Assembly (NCBI RefSeq): GCF_001447785.1 | Contig: NW_015167624.1 | Coordinates: forward strand, 1-64,000 | From: Gekko japonicus | Taxonomy: Eukaryota | Length of the DNA stretch: 64,000 bases | Reading direction: 5' to 3' | In this document: positions 1-12,849 of the stretch, in pieces | Layout of the letters: every line of letters begins with the position of its first letter | How positions within the stretch are numbered: the first letter of the stretch is position 1 | Made by a program: the position numbers and the translations under genes | The notes under the pieces: generated by a model | What the model was told of the DNA's origin: nothing | Databases searched by the model: none | What the model saw: only the letters and a program-made list of their open reading frames with translations

Positions 1-74
1 CACAGCTTAGAGGGAGCATCGGCTGTCAGTTGCGTGTCTTTGCTCAATGGATCTCTTCTGTGATTCCTTTGCAG

Positions 75-117
75 GCATATCCAGCACATCGGTTGGGATC
101 CCAACAGTGGATTTGAT
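75..117 (+). CDS. WAS: WAS exon, CRIB motif C-terminal half (HIQHIGWDPNSGFD)
   Basis: ttgcag acceptor at 73-74, gtatgt donor at 118; matches WASP H..H.GWDP..GFD. Confidence 0.92.
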
Positions 118-626
118 GTATGTACCCACATGGTTTACTTGACGGAGGGAGAGACCATGGGGGGGGGGAGTTATTCTTAGGTCTCCAAAAGGTGTGAGAT
201 CCTCAGACCAACACAGCTACCCACCTTGATCTAACGATAAAATACACATAGACTTTTCATATGAGTTTATTCATTATAATATAGCACACAGTATAGCTGC
301 CAAGAGGGACCTGGCAACCCTAGTATAAAATATCAGCCTCAAGGCAGTTCTTAAACAAGTGATTCAGCTTTATTAACAAGAACAATCAACAACAATACAA
401 TACAGTAAGTAGCTCAATTTATAGTCCTTTGGCCTGGCAAACCACGCCCGCTAGGCTGTTAAACCCCAATCGTAACTTGTAGATAACGACCAATAGTTGC
501 TGCTCCCTCCAAAACCATCCCTAAGCTCTGATTGGCCCCCTGTGTAAAATAGCCAATCAGAACGTGCAGTTTAGGATACCAGGCCTCTATGAAGCTGTGG
601 ACTGAAGCTCAGATCAACTCAACTGT

Positions 627-909
627 GACCGATTTCCCACAAGCGCTGCTCCACGCTCGCTCTTCCCTTTTGCCCCGATGGTACGTGTCAATTTCACACA
701 AGCTGCTACACGGCCCGGCCCGCAGCTTCGCGTGATTTCCCCCACGTCTACTCAGTCGTGTTTTTTGAGGATTGAGTAGATGCGGGGGAAATCGTGTGAA
801 GCTCCGGGGCAAAATGTGGCCGCGTAGCACCTTGTGTGAAATTGACACCATGTACCATCGGGGCAAAAGGGAAGAGCAAGTGTGGAGCAGCGCTTGTGGG
901 AAATCGGCC
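627..909. mobile_element. palindromic (foldback) MITE
   Basis: The two arms are reverse complements over about 130 nt (gaccgatttcccacaagcgctgctccac ... gtggagcagcgcttgtgggaaatcggcc). Confidence 0.8.
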
Positions 910-912
910 CTA

Positions 913-1410
913 GGCTGCGGTCACACGGAGCATTAGCCACACTACAGAGACGGAAGATAGGCGGATTTTCCGGGCACAATCAAACCGCAACATCTGGGAA
1001 GCGTAGAGCTCCCGTGGCTAACCCGAGGCTTCCCACCGAAGATGCGCCGTAAAAAACTAGTACCTCCGAGGTACTAGTTTCCGGAAACCGCGGGGCAAGG
1101 GCGGGCGTCTGATCACGTTTCGGTGGTAGCTCTTGGCATCCGGCGCCCGCCCATGTCCCGTCACGAAAAGGTTCCCCCCCCAAGTCTCCAAGGGATGCGC
1201 ACAAGCACCCAACGGCGCATGCACACACTTTGGTTAAAAAAACACACACAACCCCCGCCGCGCCGCTTCTTTGCTGCGCCGCAGGACTGACGTATGATCA
1301 GCACCTCCCCCCAAACCAAGGGACGTTGGTGGGACATTTGATCCTGCGGCCGCGCGGTAGTTTGCTCGGCAGCAAACAGCCATGCCTCCCCCCTCGATAT
1401 CCAGCCCTAG
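913..1410 (-). mobile_element. PIF/Harbinger-like MITE, inverted truncated copy
   Basis: Reverse-complement similarity to the element at 20819-21361. Confidence 0.65.
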
Positions 1411-2164
1411 TTTAGCAGGATCTGAGAAGAAAGGGTTTCCCCTCAGCTTCCTAGTAAACACTGCAGAAAGGCCTGGCCAGCAGAGTCAGAACAACACACT
1501 GCACTCTGCCTTCCCTGCACCCCTAGTGGCTGCCATTCAGAACACATCTGGGGAAACAGTAAACGTGTCCCGTGACTGCAGCATGATGCTGGCTTCAGGG
1601 GGCCCTCCAGCTGACTTCCGCCCCTGGAATTTTGTTTCCCCAGTCTCCTCCCCCCCCCCACCCTGTGCGTGTGTGTCTAATGGACAGGGAATGGGTCTTC
1701 AGAGCTTTCTGTTGGTACTGTCCCCTTTCCTTCCAGAAGGCCAATACATTTTGCAAAATCAGCAAATACGGGCTAAATCTACCGAGGTTTCGGAGTGCAG
1801 ATTAGGTTGGCGCGCGAATTTCGGTTCGTTTGTCAATTTCGTTCCACCGCCCTGAAAAGCCGTATGGCTGTGCCGCAACCAGCACAGGTGCTAGGATTGG
1901 CTTGGTTGTACACAGTGTTTGAGAGGAGGGCCTGACAGTGCCGGGGGGATCTCATAAGGTAGCTTTAATGCGTTCCCGCAGCCCTGTAACTCCACGCTGC
2001 ATTCCATTTCTGTCAGCCGCAGCAAAATCAGCCATCAAACAATAAACGGTGAGCCACATTTAATTTTAATTACTTAATTAAAACATTTTAATGCCCCCTG
2101 TACACCTGATCAGGGTCTCCCAGGCAGCACACACAAAAACATTTCAACAATAAAAAACAACATT

Positions 2165-2970
2165 TAAAATGATAAAACAATGCAATTAAAACACATAAGG
2201 AAATGGTACCAGAACCAGGGAGGAGGACCAATAACCATTATTGGGGGAATGGCACATGAAACAAAAAAAGTCATCACCCACTGGAGGAAGAGATATATAT
2301 ATATATAAGTCATCACCCAGCTACTAAAGGGAGGGAGTTCCAAAATTTTGACACCATGATTGAAAAAGCACTTTCTCAGATTGCTGCCTGTATAGGCCAA
2401 GATGGCAGGGGCAACCAAAGCCAGTTTGGTGTAGTGGTTAAGTGTGCAGACTCTAATCTGGGAGAACCGGGTTTGATTCCCCACTCCTCCAATCGCAGCT
2501 GCTGGATGACCTTGGGCAAGCCATAGTTCTGTCAGAGTTGTTCTCTCAAGGACAGTTCTGGAAAGAGCTCTCTCAGCCCCACCTACCTCACAGGGTGCCT
2601 GTTGTGGGGAGGGGAAGGGAAAGGAGTTTGTAAGCCGCTCTGAGACTCCGAGTGATGAGCGGAATGACTGGATAGATTCATATGGGAAATGCTGGTTCTT
2701 AAGATGCATTGGTCCCAGGCCGTACAGGGCTTCAAAGGTCAATCCCAGCCCATTGAATTGAGCCCGGAAGCAAATTGGAAGCCAGTGTAGACATAACAAG
2801 CCTAGAATTATATGGTACCTACAGCCCACTCCAATCAGCACCCTGGCTGCAGCATTCTGTACCAACTGCAGCTTCTGGTCAGTCTTCAAGAGCAGCCCCG
2901 CGTAGAGCGCATTGCAGTAATCTAATCGAGACGTTTACCAGGGCATGCACCCTGGTGGCAAGATCTTTTC
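2165..2970 (-). mobile_element. L2-type LINE 3' fragment interrupted by a Squam3-like SINE (about 2420-2652)
   Basis: KLQLVQNAAARVL...LHWLP motif of L2 ORF2 C-terminus. Confidence 0.75.
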
Positions 2971-3074
2971 ATGTGTCTTGGCTCAAGACGTCAGGCATAG
3001 CACAAACGATGGCAACGGGGGTCTCGCAGGCATGAACACACACCCATCCGCGCATGTTGATATTTCGGTTTCAG

Positions 3075-3228
3075 GTGAATAACTTGGATCCTGACTTGAA
3101 AACGCTCTTCTCCCGTGCGGGAATCAGCGAGGCCCAGCTGACTGATGTGGAGACCTCCAAGATTATCTATGACTTCATTGAAGGCCAAGGAGGGCTGGAG
3201 GCTGTGAAGGAGGAGCTAAGAAGGGAAG
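3075..3228 (+). CDS. WAS: WAS exon, GBD ([51 protein letters not shown])
   Basis: tttcag acceptor, gtgaga donor; contains the conserved regulatory tyrosine context IYDFIE. Confidence 0.95.
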
Positions 3229-3454
3229 GTGAGACACTGGGAAAGGAAGATGTCTGTGACGTATCCCCCCGGGACCTTAAATAACACCACTCCAACTACT
3301 AAATGGCTTCTTATTTAGAATTTAGATGCACCGATTTGAGGGTGAGCCGTACAAGACCTGGCGACCGTATTGGAGACCCCGGACTTCGGTGTAAATATAC
3401 GCAGGCAGTCACCCGTGAAATGGGATCTGAGTGTTCCTATTTGTTTGCTTTCAG

Positions 3455-3700
3455 GTCCGACGCATCCCCCCCCCCCCCCCCCCAACCGAACCCGGCCCCC
3501 CCCCCCCCTCTGGATCAGCCCCACCACCGCCTCCTCCCCCACCGCCTCCCCCACCTCCCTTCCAGAGCTCTGGACCGTGTCCTCCACCCCCTCCCCTCCC
3601 CGGAACGCTGGGTTCCACGGGGACACCACCTCCTCTTCCTCCCTCCTCGGGGCGTGGCGCACTGCTGGATCAAATACGCCAAGGAATACAACTCAATAAG
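3455..3700 (+). CDS. WAS: WAS exon, proline-rich region plus WH2 ([17 protein letters not shown]); apparent frameshift in poly-C runs
   Basis: tttcag acceptor at 3453-3454, gtgaga donor at 3701. The 5' part reads in the frame of ORF 3370 and the WH2 in the frame of ORF 3431. Confidence 0.85.
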
Positions 3701-4995
3701 GTGAGACGAGCTGGGGAGTCTCGTGGATGGATTGCGCTGCGTGAGGCGGGTCCGACTGCCATATTCGGGGTTGGGGAGGAGTCATCTTCCCAGGGTTGGA
3801 CTGGCTAGAGGAGGGGTCCCCAACCTTTTTGAGCCTGTGGACGCTCCGGGGATTCTGACACAGCATGGGGAGCGCAGCCACAAAACGGCACAGGAGGCGG
3901 AGCCAGCCACAAAATGGCTGCTGCCGCTTACCTCCAGTCATGCAGTGAAAATCTTGTGCTATGGCGGCAGCTGCGGCCAAAGCCATTTTAAAAAAAGAAC
4001 AAAACTGAACCTCAATTAAATCTCCAACGGCCAAGAGCTCTACCTGGCCTCATCCACTTTCTAAAAACGCTTGGCAGATACTGGAAATGACTGCTGGAAA
4101 TGACTTCTGTGAAATCAGGTGGTGCCAAAGAGGCGCTGTTTAGGATGAGCTGGCCCGTGTTTAGCGGCTCCCCCCCCCCCCCCCCCAACGGGGGGGGAGA
4201 CGACCCCCCCCCCCCCCCAACATCAGGGAGAGACAGGCTTGGACAGACAGAGCAGAACAGTTTGTGCTTGCCCTGCAGCTAAAAGGTTGGACCAGCACAG
4301 TAAAGACTGGATTTTTAGGACTCTTTTTCACGAGGGAAAGTTTATTAAACCGATCTGGTCTCAGCCTACGAATCGTCACCATTATGAACAATTGACTTGC
4401 TTTGCAAAAAGTGCTAGGACTAGGGGTCATTTCCTGCAGGAGCGCACGGGAGCGGAGCTCCGGCAGTAAAGAGCCCGGGGGGGGGCCACATGCAACAAGC
4501 CCCACCCCCTGCTCCCAGCAGCCCTCAGTCAGAGCAAGAAACAGCCGGGTAAGCTGCAGAGTTCCCCTTCCCCGGTCCAAAACAGTCCAGTGGCACTTTT
4601 AAGACCAAGTTTTATTCAGGTACAAGCTCTCCCTCCTCTGTGAGGACAGATCTTTCAACTGTACTCCAGGCATAACAGGAGAGGAAAGAGCACATGAGCA
4701 ACATACCAGATTATAATCACCATGAACAAACCTCCGTTGTTTTTTTCCAGGACATCTGGAGAAACCCAAGTCTATATCTCGCAATGCTATGCATCTGTGA
4801 TGGTTAGGGTTGCCAGTCTCCAGGCAGGAGACTTCCTGGGATTACAACTGATCTCCAGGCAACAGAGAAAAGTTCCCCTGGAGAAAATGGCTGCTTTGAA
4901 GGGTGGCCTCTATGGCATTATTCCCCATTGAAGTCCCTTGGCTCCCTAAACCCCACCCTCCTCAGGCTCCACCCCCAAAATCTCCAGGTATTTCC

Positions 4996-5593
4996 TGTTG
5001 GAATTATTTCCAGTAGTGAGCAGAGTACTCAAGGCTTACACCGCAGCAGAGCCCATCTGGAGTGTGTGTACTGCAGGAACAAAGTTACATGGAGCTTCTT
5101 TATCTTTGTTAAACTAATAATAGCCCTTTATTATATGGAACGTCATTCTAGACAGGATTGGGTAGAGATAGGATTCTAATCTAGTCTAACTAGCTAGGAT
5201 GGATAGAGATGCAGAAAGTATGTCCTACCCTCATGGTGCCAAGATCTGGCAAAGTGTGTGGAGAGAGAGGGTGTGAGACCACAAGGAGGGAAGTTTCCCC
5301 AACAGTCGCAATCTACACATCAAAGGGATAGCATCAGAGAGTGAAAAGGAAAGGCTGCTCAGTGTCCTAGCCTATCTATCTCTCTGACTCTCTTGTGGTC
5401 CTCCTTCGTAGGCTGAGGCTAAGAGACAGTGCAAAGTCCTTCACTTCCAGCATTTTCCAACCCGGAGCTGGCAGCCCTACACGCTTTACTTTTAAAAAAC
5501 CAGGGAAATCTCCTTGAGAGTGCACCAGTTCTGTATGACATCGTGGTCTGAGAACCTTTTCCACACTGATATCTAAGATACACCGGTACAACA
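4996..5593 (-). mobile_element. probable solo LTR
   Basis: TGTTG...CAACA termini; internal similarity to 14731-15102; no clean TSD. Confidence 0.5.
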
Positions 5594-6504
5594 TTTGTTT
5601 GTGGCCTGCATATTACAGTGTGATTGACAAATGCAGCTGAGATGACTGCATCCTAGAACGCCAGGTGAAGCCATGGAGCCGACAAATAAGATGGGTTTGC
5701 TGATAGATATTGAGTCTGTGAGCAGACACAAATCTTGAAAAGGTCAGTTCATGTGTTTTAAAGTCCTTATGGCCACCAGAAGGACTTTCGTAAGAATATA
5801 AGAAAAGCCCTGCTGGATCAGACCAAGAGTCCATCTAGTCCAGCATCCTGCTTCACATAGTGGCCAGCAGGTGAGTTGTGGGTTCTCCTTCATTCCTGCA
5901 TGTGGAGAAGGGGATTCAGGTGCTGAAGCCAGTGCTCTTCGTGACAGGAAAGTAGGACGAGGACCTTGAGAAATTTATTTGTGTCCGTGGTGCTCCCAGA
6001 GTAATACAGACAGATCAGGGCATGAATTTAGAGCATTTTGGCTCACAAGAACCTTCTTCAGAGGGCAAATAGTACAAAATACAACATGCAACAAAGTCCC
6101 TGTTACACTGGCAAGGCAGTAAACAATTGTTATAGGACCAAAAATTGAACGTTCCAATCTGGAATTGAATTGCATACAAAATGTTTTTTTGCTTGTGGGC
6201 CACAAATGTATCTGGCCTTGTGTCAGAAGCAATTGCATATTTTGGAGATAGTAATAGCATCAATATGTACCTTCCAGTTTAGGTCCTAAACTTGTGAGCT
6301 GAAACGCATCAGGTCATATGTTGTTCTTTTTTTGTGCATTTGTCACATTGAAGATTTTATGAGGTTTTATTTAGGCCCCTACAAGGTTATCATGTGTTTT
6401 TGAAGTAAGCACGAGTACTTTTGTCTATACCTTTTATGTTTTTAACTTTTGGCCCTTAACTAGTTTTCTAAACTTCCTTTGGAGGTTTTTGCTTGAGTGG
6501 TTTA

Positions 6505-6823
6505 TGTTGTGTACTAAGGATGAGTCAGCCTCAACTAGCCCTGGGATCGGGTTGAGCTTGCGTCCACAAACAATAGCTGGCTAGGATCCTATAATGGACC
6601 AATAGAGAAACAAGGATCCTAGAGTGGACCAATAGAGAAACAATGTAATGTAAATACCCTATCGTTGGGAGTGGGGTGTGTTTGGGGTGTGGTGTCTTGC
6701 ATGCTTAAAAACCAGGCTTCTGCCAGGGATTTTCAGTCCTTCTTCTCCTTGCTGAAATCACTAATGAAGAGAGCTGATCACTATACTTGGAGTCTGTTCA
6801 TCCATGGAACCCACTATTTAACA
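6505..6823 (+). mobile_element. solo LTR
   Basis: TGTT...AACA termini, 5-bp TSD GTTTA, duplicated CCAAT block. Confidence 0.75.
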
Positions 6824-9440
6824 GTTTAGTTTTTCTTCCCCTCTCTTTGTGGGTCCATCCCAAAATCTCCAGGTATTTCCCAACCAGGAGCTGGCAGTCA
6901 TAGATACGGGGGACCCTTAAGGGTTAACAAAATATGATCCGCGATCAGAGGTCATTTCGGGGGTATCGCGGGGGATCGCAGGTCCCCCGGGTGAGGTGCA
7001 GGGGGGCAGGGCACACAACGAAGCCCCGCCCCTTCTTCTGGCCGCCCCCTTCTTCCAGCCTCATTCTGTTGCAGACGGATGAAGAAGCAGGAGGGTAAGT
7101 TGGCGTCCTCTCCCTCTGCCTGGCCGAGGCCACTCCACGTGGCCTCCGCAAGGACTCCCAGCCCCATCCAGGAGCTTCCCTGAGGTAGCTGTGTTAGTCT
7201 GTTGCTGCAAAATAGTCCAAGAGTTCAAATAGCACCTTTAAGACTAACCTTTAAGACTAAGACTAACTGAGTGGTGGGTGTGGCCTTATTGGCACACTTC
7301 CGGTGATGTCAGGGGGTGTGGCATATGCTAATGAGCAAGTTCCCCTTGCTCTTTTTCTACGAAACGACCCCTGTCTGCGATCCTTTATGAACTGGATGGG
7401 AAGCACAGTGAAACCTGTGGTCCACTTTTCAGAGGTGGTTTGCCATTGCCTGCTTCCACGTCACGACCCTGGTATTCCTTGGAAGGTCTCCCATCCAAAT
7501 ACTAGGCAGGGCCCACCCTGCTTAGCTTCTGAGGTCTGATGAGATCGTGCTAGCTGGGGCTATTCAGGTCAGGATCCTTGCGGCTCACTAGATTCAGGCT
7601 TTTTAAGCCTGCTAAAATAAAATAAAATAAAATAAAAAATAAATTCAGTCCACACGGAAGAGCCTCAGCAGGCCGCTATTCCGAGAGTTAACGGGATTGG
7701 AGGAAAAGCAGGAAGATTCCACCCACAAGGAATTGCTAACCATCAGTGCAGCCTACACATAACGCTCGGACTCTCTGCTCTGGTGTTGCAGAATCAGTGA
7801 CCACCGCTTTGGTTATGAGAATTTTACTCTGGACAGAAATAACGACTGACTGTTGTGGGGACACAATCCCATGTGACAGGGCCAGCGGTGAGGCGAACTG
7901 CAGACATTCCGCAAAGCCCGTTTCCCCTCATTCTGTCTGAAAGTTCCTGTTCCCTCTCCTAATGGCTGAGAGTTTATTTTATTTATACTTATTTAATTTA
8001 TATCCTGCCCTCACCGCTGAAGTAGGGCAGCTGACCTGATATTATGACAAGATAAAACAGTTAAATTGATAAAAAATTGCAATAAAATCGGTCTAAAATG
8101 ATACATAAAGTGCTAGCGCAATATAATGATGGTGGGCATCCGGCAGCCAGCTGGCAACATGGTCTGGGTTAGCAGGACGAAAGGAAAGGGACCGAACCAC
8201 ATAAGCCTTGTCTGAGTTATTCACATTTTATAAACAAACTGTGACGACCTCCTTATTTGGGAGGACTGGTTTCCCTTTAAAAGTGTTCTTTATTTTATTC
8301 TACTATGTATATACGGCTGCCACCAGGAAATTTAAGGCTTTCCAAACCTTTATACTTTTACTTCTGCTCTTGCTGGTTAGGTAGACCGGGTACAAGGCTT
8401 ATGAGGAACTATGTGGTCCTGAGGAATCCCCAGGAGTTTCCCAACCTGGATCTAGCAACCCTGCCCCCCATTTCCTGCTGGTGGCCAAGGGGGAGTATGG
8501 TTGCCAACTCTGGGTTGGGAAATTCTTGGAGAATTGGGAAGGTGGAGCCTTGGGAAGGGCGGGGTTTGAGGAGGGTGTGTGTGACCTCACCAGGGTATAA
8601 AGCCATACAGTCCATCTTCCATTCCTGGGGGGGGGATGTCATTGTTTGAAGATCGGTTGTAATAACGGGAGATCTCCCACCCCCCGCCTGGATGTTGGCA
8701 ACCCTATGGGGGAATTCAAAAGCCTGGCGGAAGAGCTCCGTCTTGCAGGCCCTGCGGAACTGTACAAGGTCCCGCAGGGCCCGGATCTCCGCCGGGAGCT
8801 CATTCCACCAGGTAGGAGCCGCCACCGAAAATGCCCTGGCCTTGGTTATGGGGGAATTATAGACTTGGTCTCAGCTCAGCAGTGACGGCATCCAAGTGGT
8901 TCGGCCAATAATAGCAGTGGCTTCAGCAGATCAGGAAAATAAATAATAGAGCTTGTTCATTTCTTTCCACTTCTCACATATCCAGCATCTACCACAGGGG
9001 TCCTCAACGGGGTGCTCACAGGCACCATGGTGCCTGCCAACACCTTTTCTGGCTCCCACCGAGTGTTTTTAGGAAGTGGACGGGGCCAGGTAGGGCTTTT
9101 GCCTTGCAAGGCTTCTGATTGGCCACTGGAGATTTGATTGGCTGTTCAGATTTTTTTTAAAAAATATTGCTTTGGCAGCAGCGGCCACCACGGCACAATG
9201 ACCTACACTGTGTGACTATAGTTAAGCGGTGGCAATCATTTTGTGGCTGGCTCTGCCTCCTGTGGCAGCCATTCTGTGGCAGCCATTTTGTTGCTGCGCC
9301 CACCATGCCGTGTCAGAATTCCAAATGTGCCCGCAAGCTCAAAATGTTTGGGGACCCTTGATCTAAGAAGAAGTCAAAGGGCTTGCCTGAGTCTGACAAA
9401 CCCAAACGACCCCCACTTACCACTTCCCCATTTATTTCAG

Positions 9441-9549
9441 ACGCCTGACACGTTGGACACTCCACCACCACCCGCCGAAAGCGAGGAAGGCCTGGTAGGG
9501 GCTCTCATGCATGTGATGCAGAAGAGATGCAAGGTCATCCACTCCTCAG
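9441..9549 (+). CDS. WAS: WAS exon, central region ([36 protein letters not shown])
   Basis: tttcag acceptor, gtgagt donor; [13 protein letters not shown] is the WASP central helix. Confidence 0.95.
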
Positions 9550-9835
9550 GTGAGTGGTGTCGCTCTGCCACCATCAGAGGGTGTAGCGCACAGGTGGTGG
9601 TGGGGAATACGTAATAAACTCCTTCAACCCAGTGATCAAACTGAAAAGGGACTCAAACGCAATTCAGGGGGCAAAATTCCATGGTGGTACACTGGCAACT
9701 CCATTTCGAACATTTTTCTTAAGAAACAGAAAATAATAATTAAGTGTCCTTAAATTGCAGCTGAATTATGGCAACCCTCCATTGGGGTTTTCGAGACGAC
9801 AGGGCTATTCGGGCTACTATTTGGAAATACATACC

Positions 9836-10362
9836 GGCCCCAGTCACACGGGCCAGATAACGTGGGGGGGGAGGCGTGGCTGTTTGCCCCGGAGCAAAAT
9901 AAAGCGTGGTAGCTCGATCACATGGTCCCCCGAGTCTCCGTGCTTTGGCTGTTAGCTGGCGATCACATGGCGATGCTGCATCATGGCAAAGAAGCGGCGT
10001 AGCGCAATCACACAAGCGTTTCGCGTTTGTGTGCATGCCCAGTTCCGTGGAGCAGCACTGCTTTCAGTTTCGTGTTTGTGCGCATGCGCTTACGAAAAAC
10101 ATCCACTTTGCGGCGAGACGTGGATGGGTGCCGGATGCCACGGGATACTAGCGCTCCTGCAATCAGACGCCCGCCTGTGCCACCCATTTTCCAGATACCA
10201 GTGCACTTTCCTTGGTACTTTTTAACTTTGCATCTTCGGCGGGACGCCACAGGTTGGCCACGGGTGCGCTACGCTTCCCAGATGTTGCGGTGTGATCGCG
10301 CCCCGAAAATCCGCCCGACATGTGTGCCTTTCGCGTGGCAAATTCTCCATGTGAACGGGGCC
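9836..10362 (+). mobile_element. PIF/Harbinger-like MITE
   Basis: Same TIRs as the 20819 copy; imperfect flanks acc/act. Confidence 0.65.
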
Positions 10363-10851
10363 ACTGATTCCTTTTGAAAGCCATTTACTGATAAAGTACA
10401 GAGCAGAGAATCACCGACCTCTTCTCACACTAAGAAGCAGTTATAATTTGAACTGGGGGAATTGTATTTGAGTCACTTTTCAGCTGTGTGGAATTTTGCC
10501 CTCTGAACATTTGGGGAAACTCTATTTGGAGTCAAAGGGTTAAACGTTCCCACCCTCCGTGCTTCTTCCCTGATCAGATCAGCATGCGCATGCAGACATG
10601 GGCTCACACATGGTCGCATGGATTCAACAAAAACCACCAGTAGGGTAATCCCAGACCTCCAGACTAATGTCTGCTTTGGCACTAAGGGCCCAGTGCAAGT
10701 TGAAATCGCTCGTTAGTAATGACTTTGAAGGTCTGGATGTACCCAGAATGCATGTTTATCCCTATTTGAAACTCTCCTTGCACGGGTGCTCCGGAGAGCC
10801 TTCTGGCTTATCTTCCTCCCGCATTATTTACTCGTTCTTCTGCATCCACAG

Positions 10852-10904
10852 ACGACGACGAAGATAATGGAGTTGAAGACGACGACGACGAATGGGAGGA
10901 CTGA
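10852..10904 (+). CDS. WAS: WAS last exon, acidic domain (DDDEDNGVEDDDDEWED*)
   Basis: ccacag acceptor, phase 1 matches previous exon, TGA at 10902-10904; Arp2/3-binding DEW motif. Confidence 0.93.
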
Positions 10905-11842
10905 GGGTGTCTGGCACCGAAAGCCCCCTTCCTGCAAACTGGTTGTTGTCTGAATGGCTGTAGGCATTTCAGTGTGTTGCTCTTTCGTCACCGGCATCCC
11001 AAAACCCGTTTCCCTACCTCATCTGGCAATCTGTGCAGACTCTCTGTGATCCAGCCGCGTACTGCTTATTCTCTTAGGCGCACCTGGACGCCTTGGACAG
11101 TTTTAGAATGTGAGGCTGTAACCCTAAATCTTTTCACACCTTTGTTCTTGAAAATACCATAGATAATCTTCGGCTTCTAACTTTCTAAAGGTCATATTAT
11201 CTTTCAGCCAACCCCTTCATTGCCTTTTCTTTCTCCTAGCCATATAATCGTGACTTTTTTTTTTTTAAGCGGTTCCCTTTTTGAGGCCAACGCACAGGTA
11301 GGAAGAAGTCTGGAATGTAAAGAGAAGCCCCTGTCATATAAGGCAACCCGTGCTTTGTTAACTCGTGCAGAAATCCTAGCTGTCTCAATTCTTTGCACCT
11401 TTCTTTCTTTTGCTAAGCACGTTTCCTCTTGCTTTTACCGTGGGAAAAAAGCAATCTTCAAGCTTTAAGACGGGGATTACCTGTTTACCTTCAAACCTGG
11501 CTAAACGCTTTGATTGTGGCGCGATCCCAGAGGAAGGAAGCCACAGAACCTTCCCACCGCGTTCGGTTGGTGCCATCGTGGAGAAATATGTGCTGTGAAT
11601 TAAAGTATTTTGAATGTACCTACTGGCCAAAACATTAGAGTCAAAAACAATTTAGAAGATGGCAAACCAACAAGTAGCTATCCCAATTACTTATGAATGG
11701 CCTTCAGACTCCTTCAGAGGATTCTTTCAGTCTTTCAGTGTTCCTTCAACAACAGCACTTGTAGAAGGAACACTGAAAAAAATAACAGATTCCCCCAGAA
11801 AAAAGCCCTTTGGCGAAGCGCATAGGGAATTTTCAGCTGAGT

Positions 11843-11848
11843 AATAAA
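11843..11848 (+). terminator. candidate WAS polyadenylation signal AATAAA
   Basis: AATAAA about 940 nt after the stop, followed by T-rich sequence. Confidence 0.5.
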
Positions 11849-12384
11849 ATATATACTTTTTCCTTTACTTGCCCTGTTGGCCTTGTCCTTATTTCTTTTC
11901 TCTCTCAAATGAGCCAGCCTTGCTGGGAGGGCGGGGTGAAAATCTAATAAAATAAATAAATAAATGCAGGATTGCCAATCCCCTGGTGGAGCCTGGAGAT
12001 CTCTTGGAATTACAACCGATCTCCAGATTATAGAGTGGAGAAAAATGGCTACTTTGGAGGGTGGACTCTGTGGCATCGCAGCCCTACTGAACTCTCTTCC
12101 TCCCCCAGACTCCGCCCCCCCAGGCTCTACCTCTGAATCTCCAGGAGTTTCCTAACCTGGCATTTGTTCACTTTTTTGCTGACTCATGGCAACCCCGTGG
12201 GGGTTTTCAAGGCAAGAGACGTTCAGAGGTGGTTTGCCATTGCCTGCCTCCGTGCCACACAACCTTGGTGTTCCTCGTATTCCTTGATGTTCTCCCGTCT
12301 AAATACTAGCCAGAGTTGACCTTCCTTAACTTCTGAGATCTGATGAGACCTGGGCTATCCAGGTCAGGGCAGAAGCTGGAGTAA

Positions 12385-12720
12385 GTTAAAGGTTTCCCTT
12401 GCTCGAAAGCCAGTCGACTCCGACTCTAGGGGGCGGTGCTCATCTCCGTTTTCAAGGCGAAGAGCCAGCGCTGTCCGAAGACTCTTCCGTAGTGCACCGC
12501 ATGACTAACCACCAAGCCACACTGAACGCTGTTACCTTCCCACCGCAGCAGTACCTGTTATCTACTTGCAGTTTCTTGCTTTCGAACGGCTAGGTTGGCA
12601 GGAGCTGGGGCCAGAGATGGGAGCTCACTCTGTCACGCGGCACTGGGGTCTTGAACTGCCGAGCTACAGACCTTCCGGTCTGCATCTCGGCGTGTTAACC
12701 TCTGAGCCACCGCAGCCCCA
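12385..12720 (-). mobile_element. Sauria SINE (other copies about 15776-16095 -, 30193-30410 -, 48365-48665 +)
   Basis: Characteristic body and (ACCTTT)n tail. Confidence 0.75.
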
Positions 12721-12849
12721 TAGAACCTGGAGTAGGCAACCCTAATCATATGCTTGCCTCTGGATCTCATGGAAGAGTCCTTCACAGGGTTACCAGTTCC
12801 CCCGTGGCCACCAGCGGGGAATGGAGGGGTAAGGTTGCCAGATCTTTAT

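Larger units (their letters stand above)
75..10904 (+). other. WAS: WAS gene, 3' portion (5 coding exons; 5' exons lie upstream of window)
   Basis: CRIB/GBD, polyproline, a single WH2, central and acidic (DEWED*) domains in order across GT-AG exons. One WH2 (not two) and the SUV39H1 neighbour argue for WAS rather than WASL. Confidence 0.93.

Noticed and set aside
2164-2889. 241-aa minus-strand ORF
   Set aside because: Chimera of an L2 fragment and an antisense SINE; not a gene
4421-7373. Single large hAT element spanning nested LTRs
   Set aside because: Matching left and right ends exist but the flanks show no 8-bp TSD, so they may be separate fragments
75-10904. WASL (N-WASP) identity
   Set aside because: Only one WH2 domain, and linkage to SUV39H1 and WDR13 fits WAS
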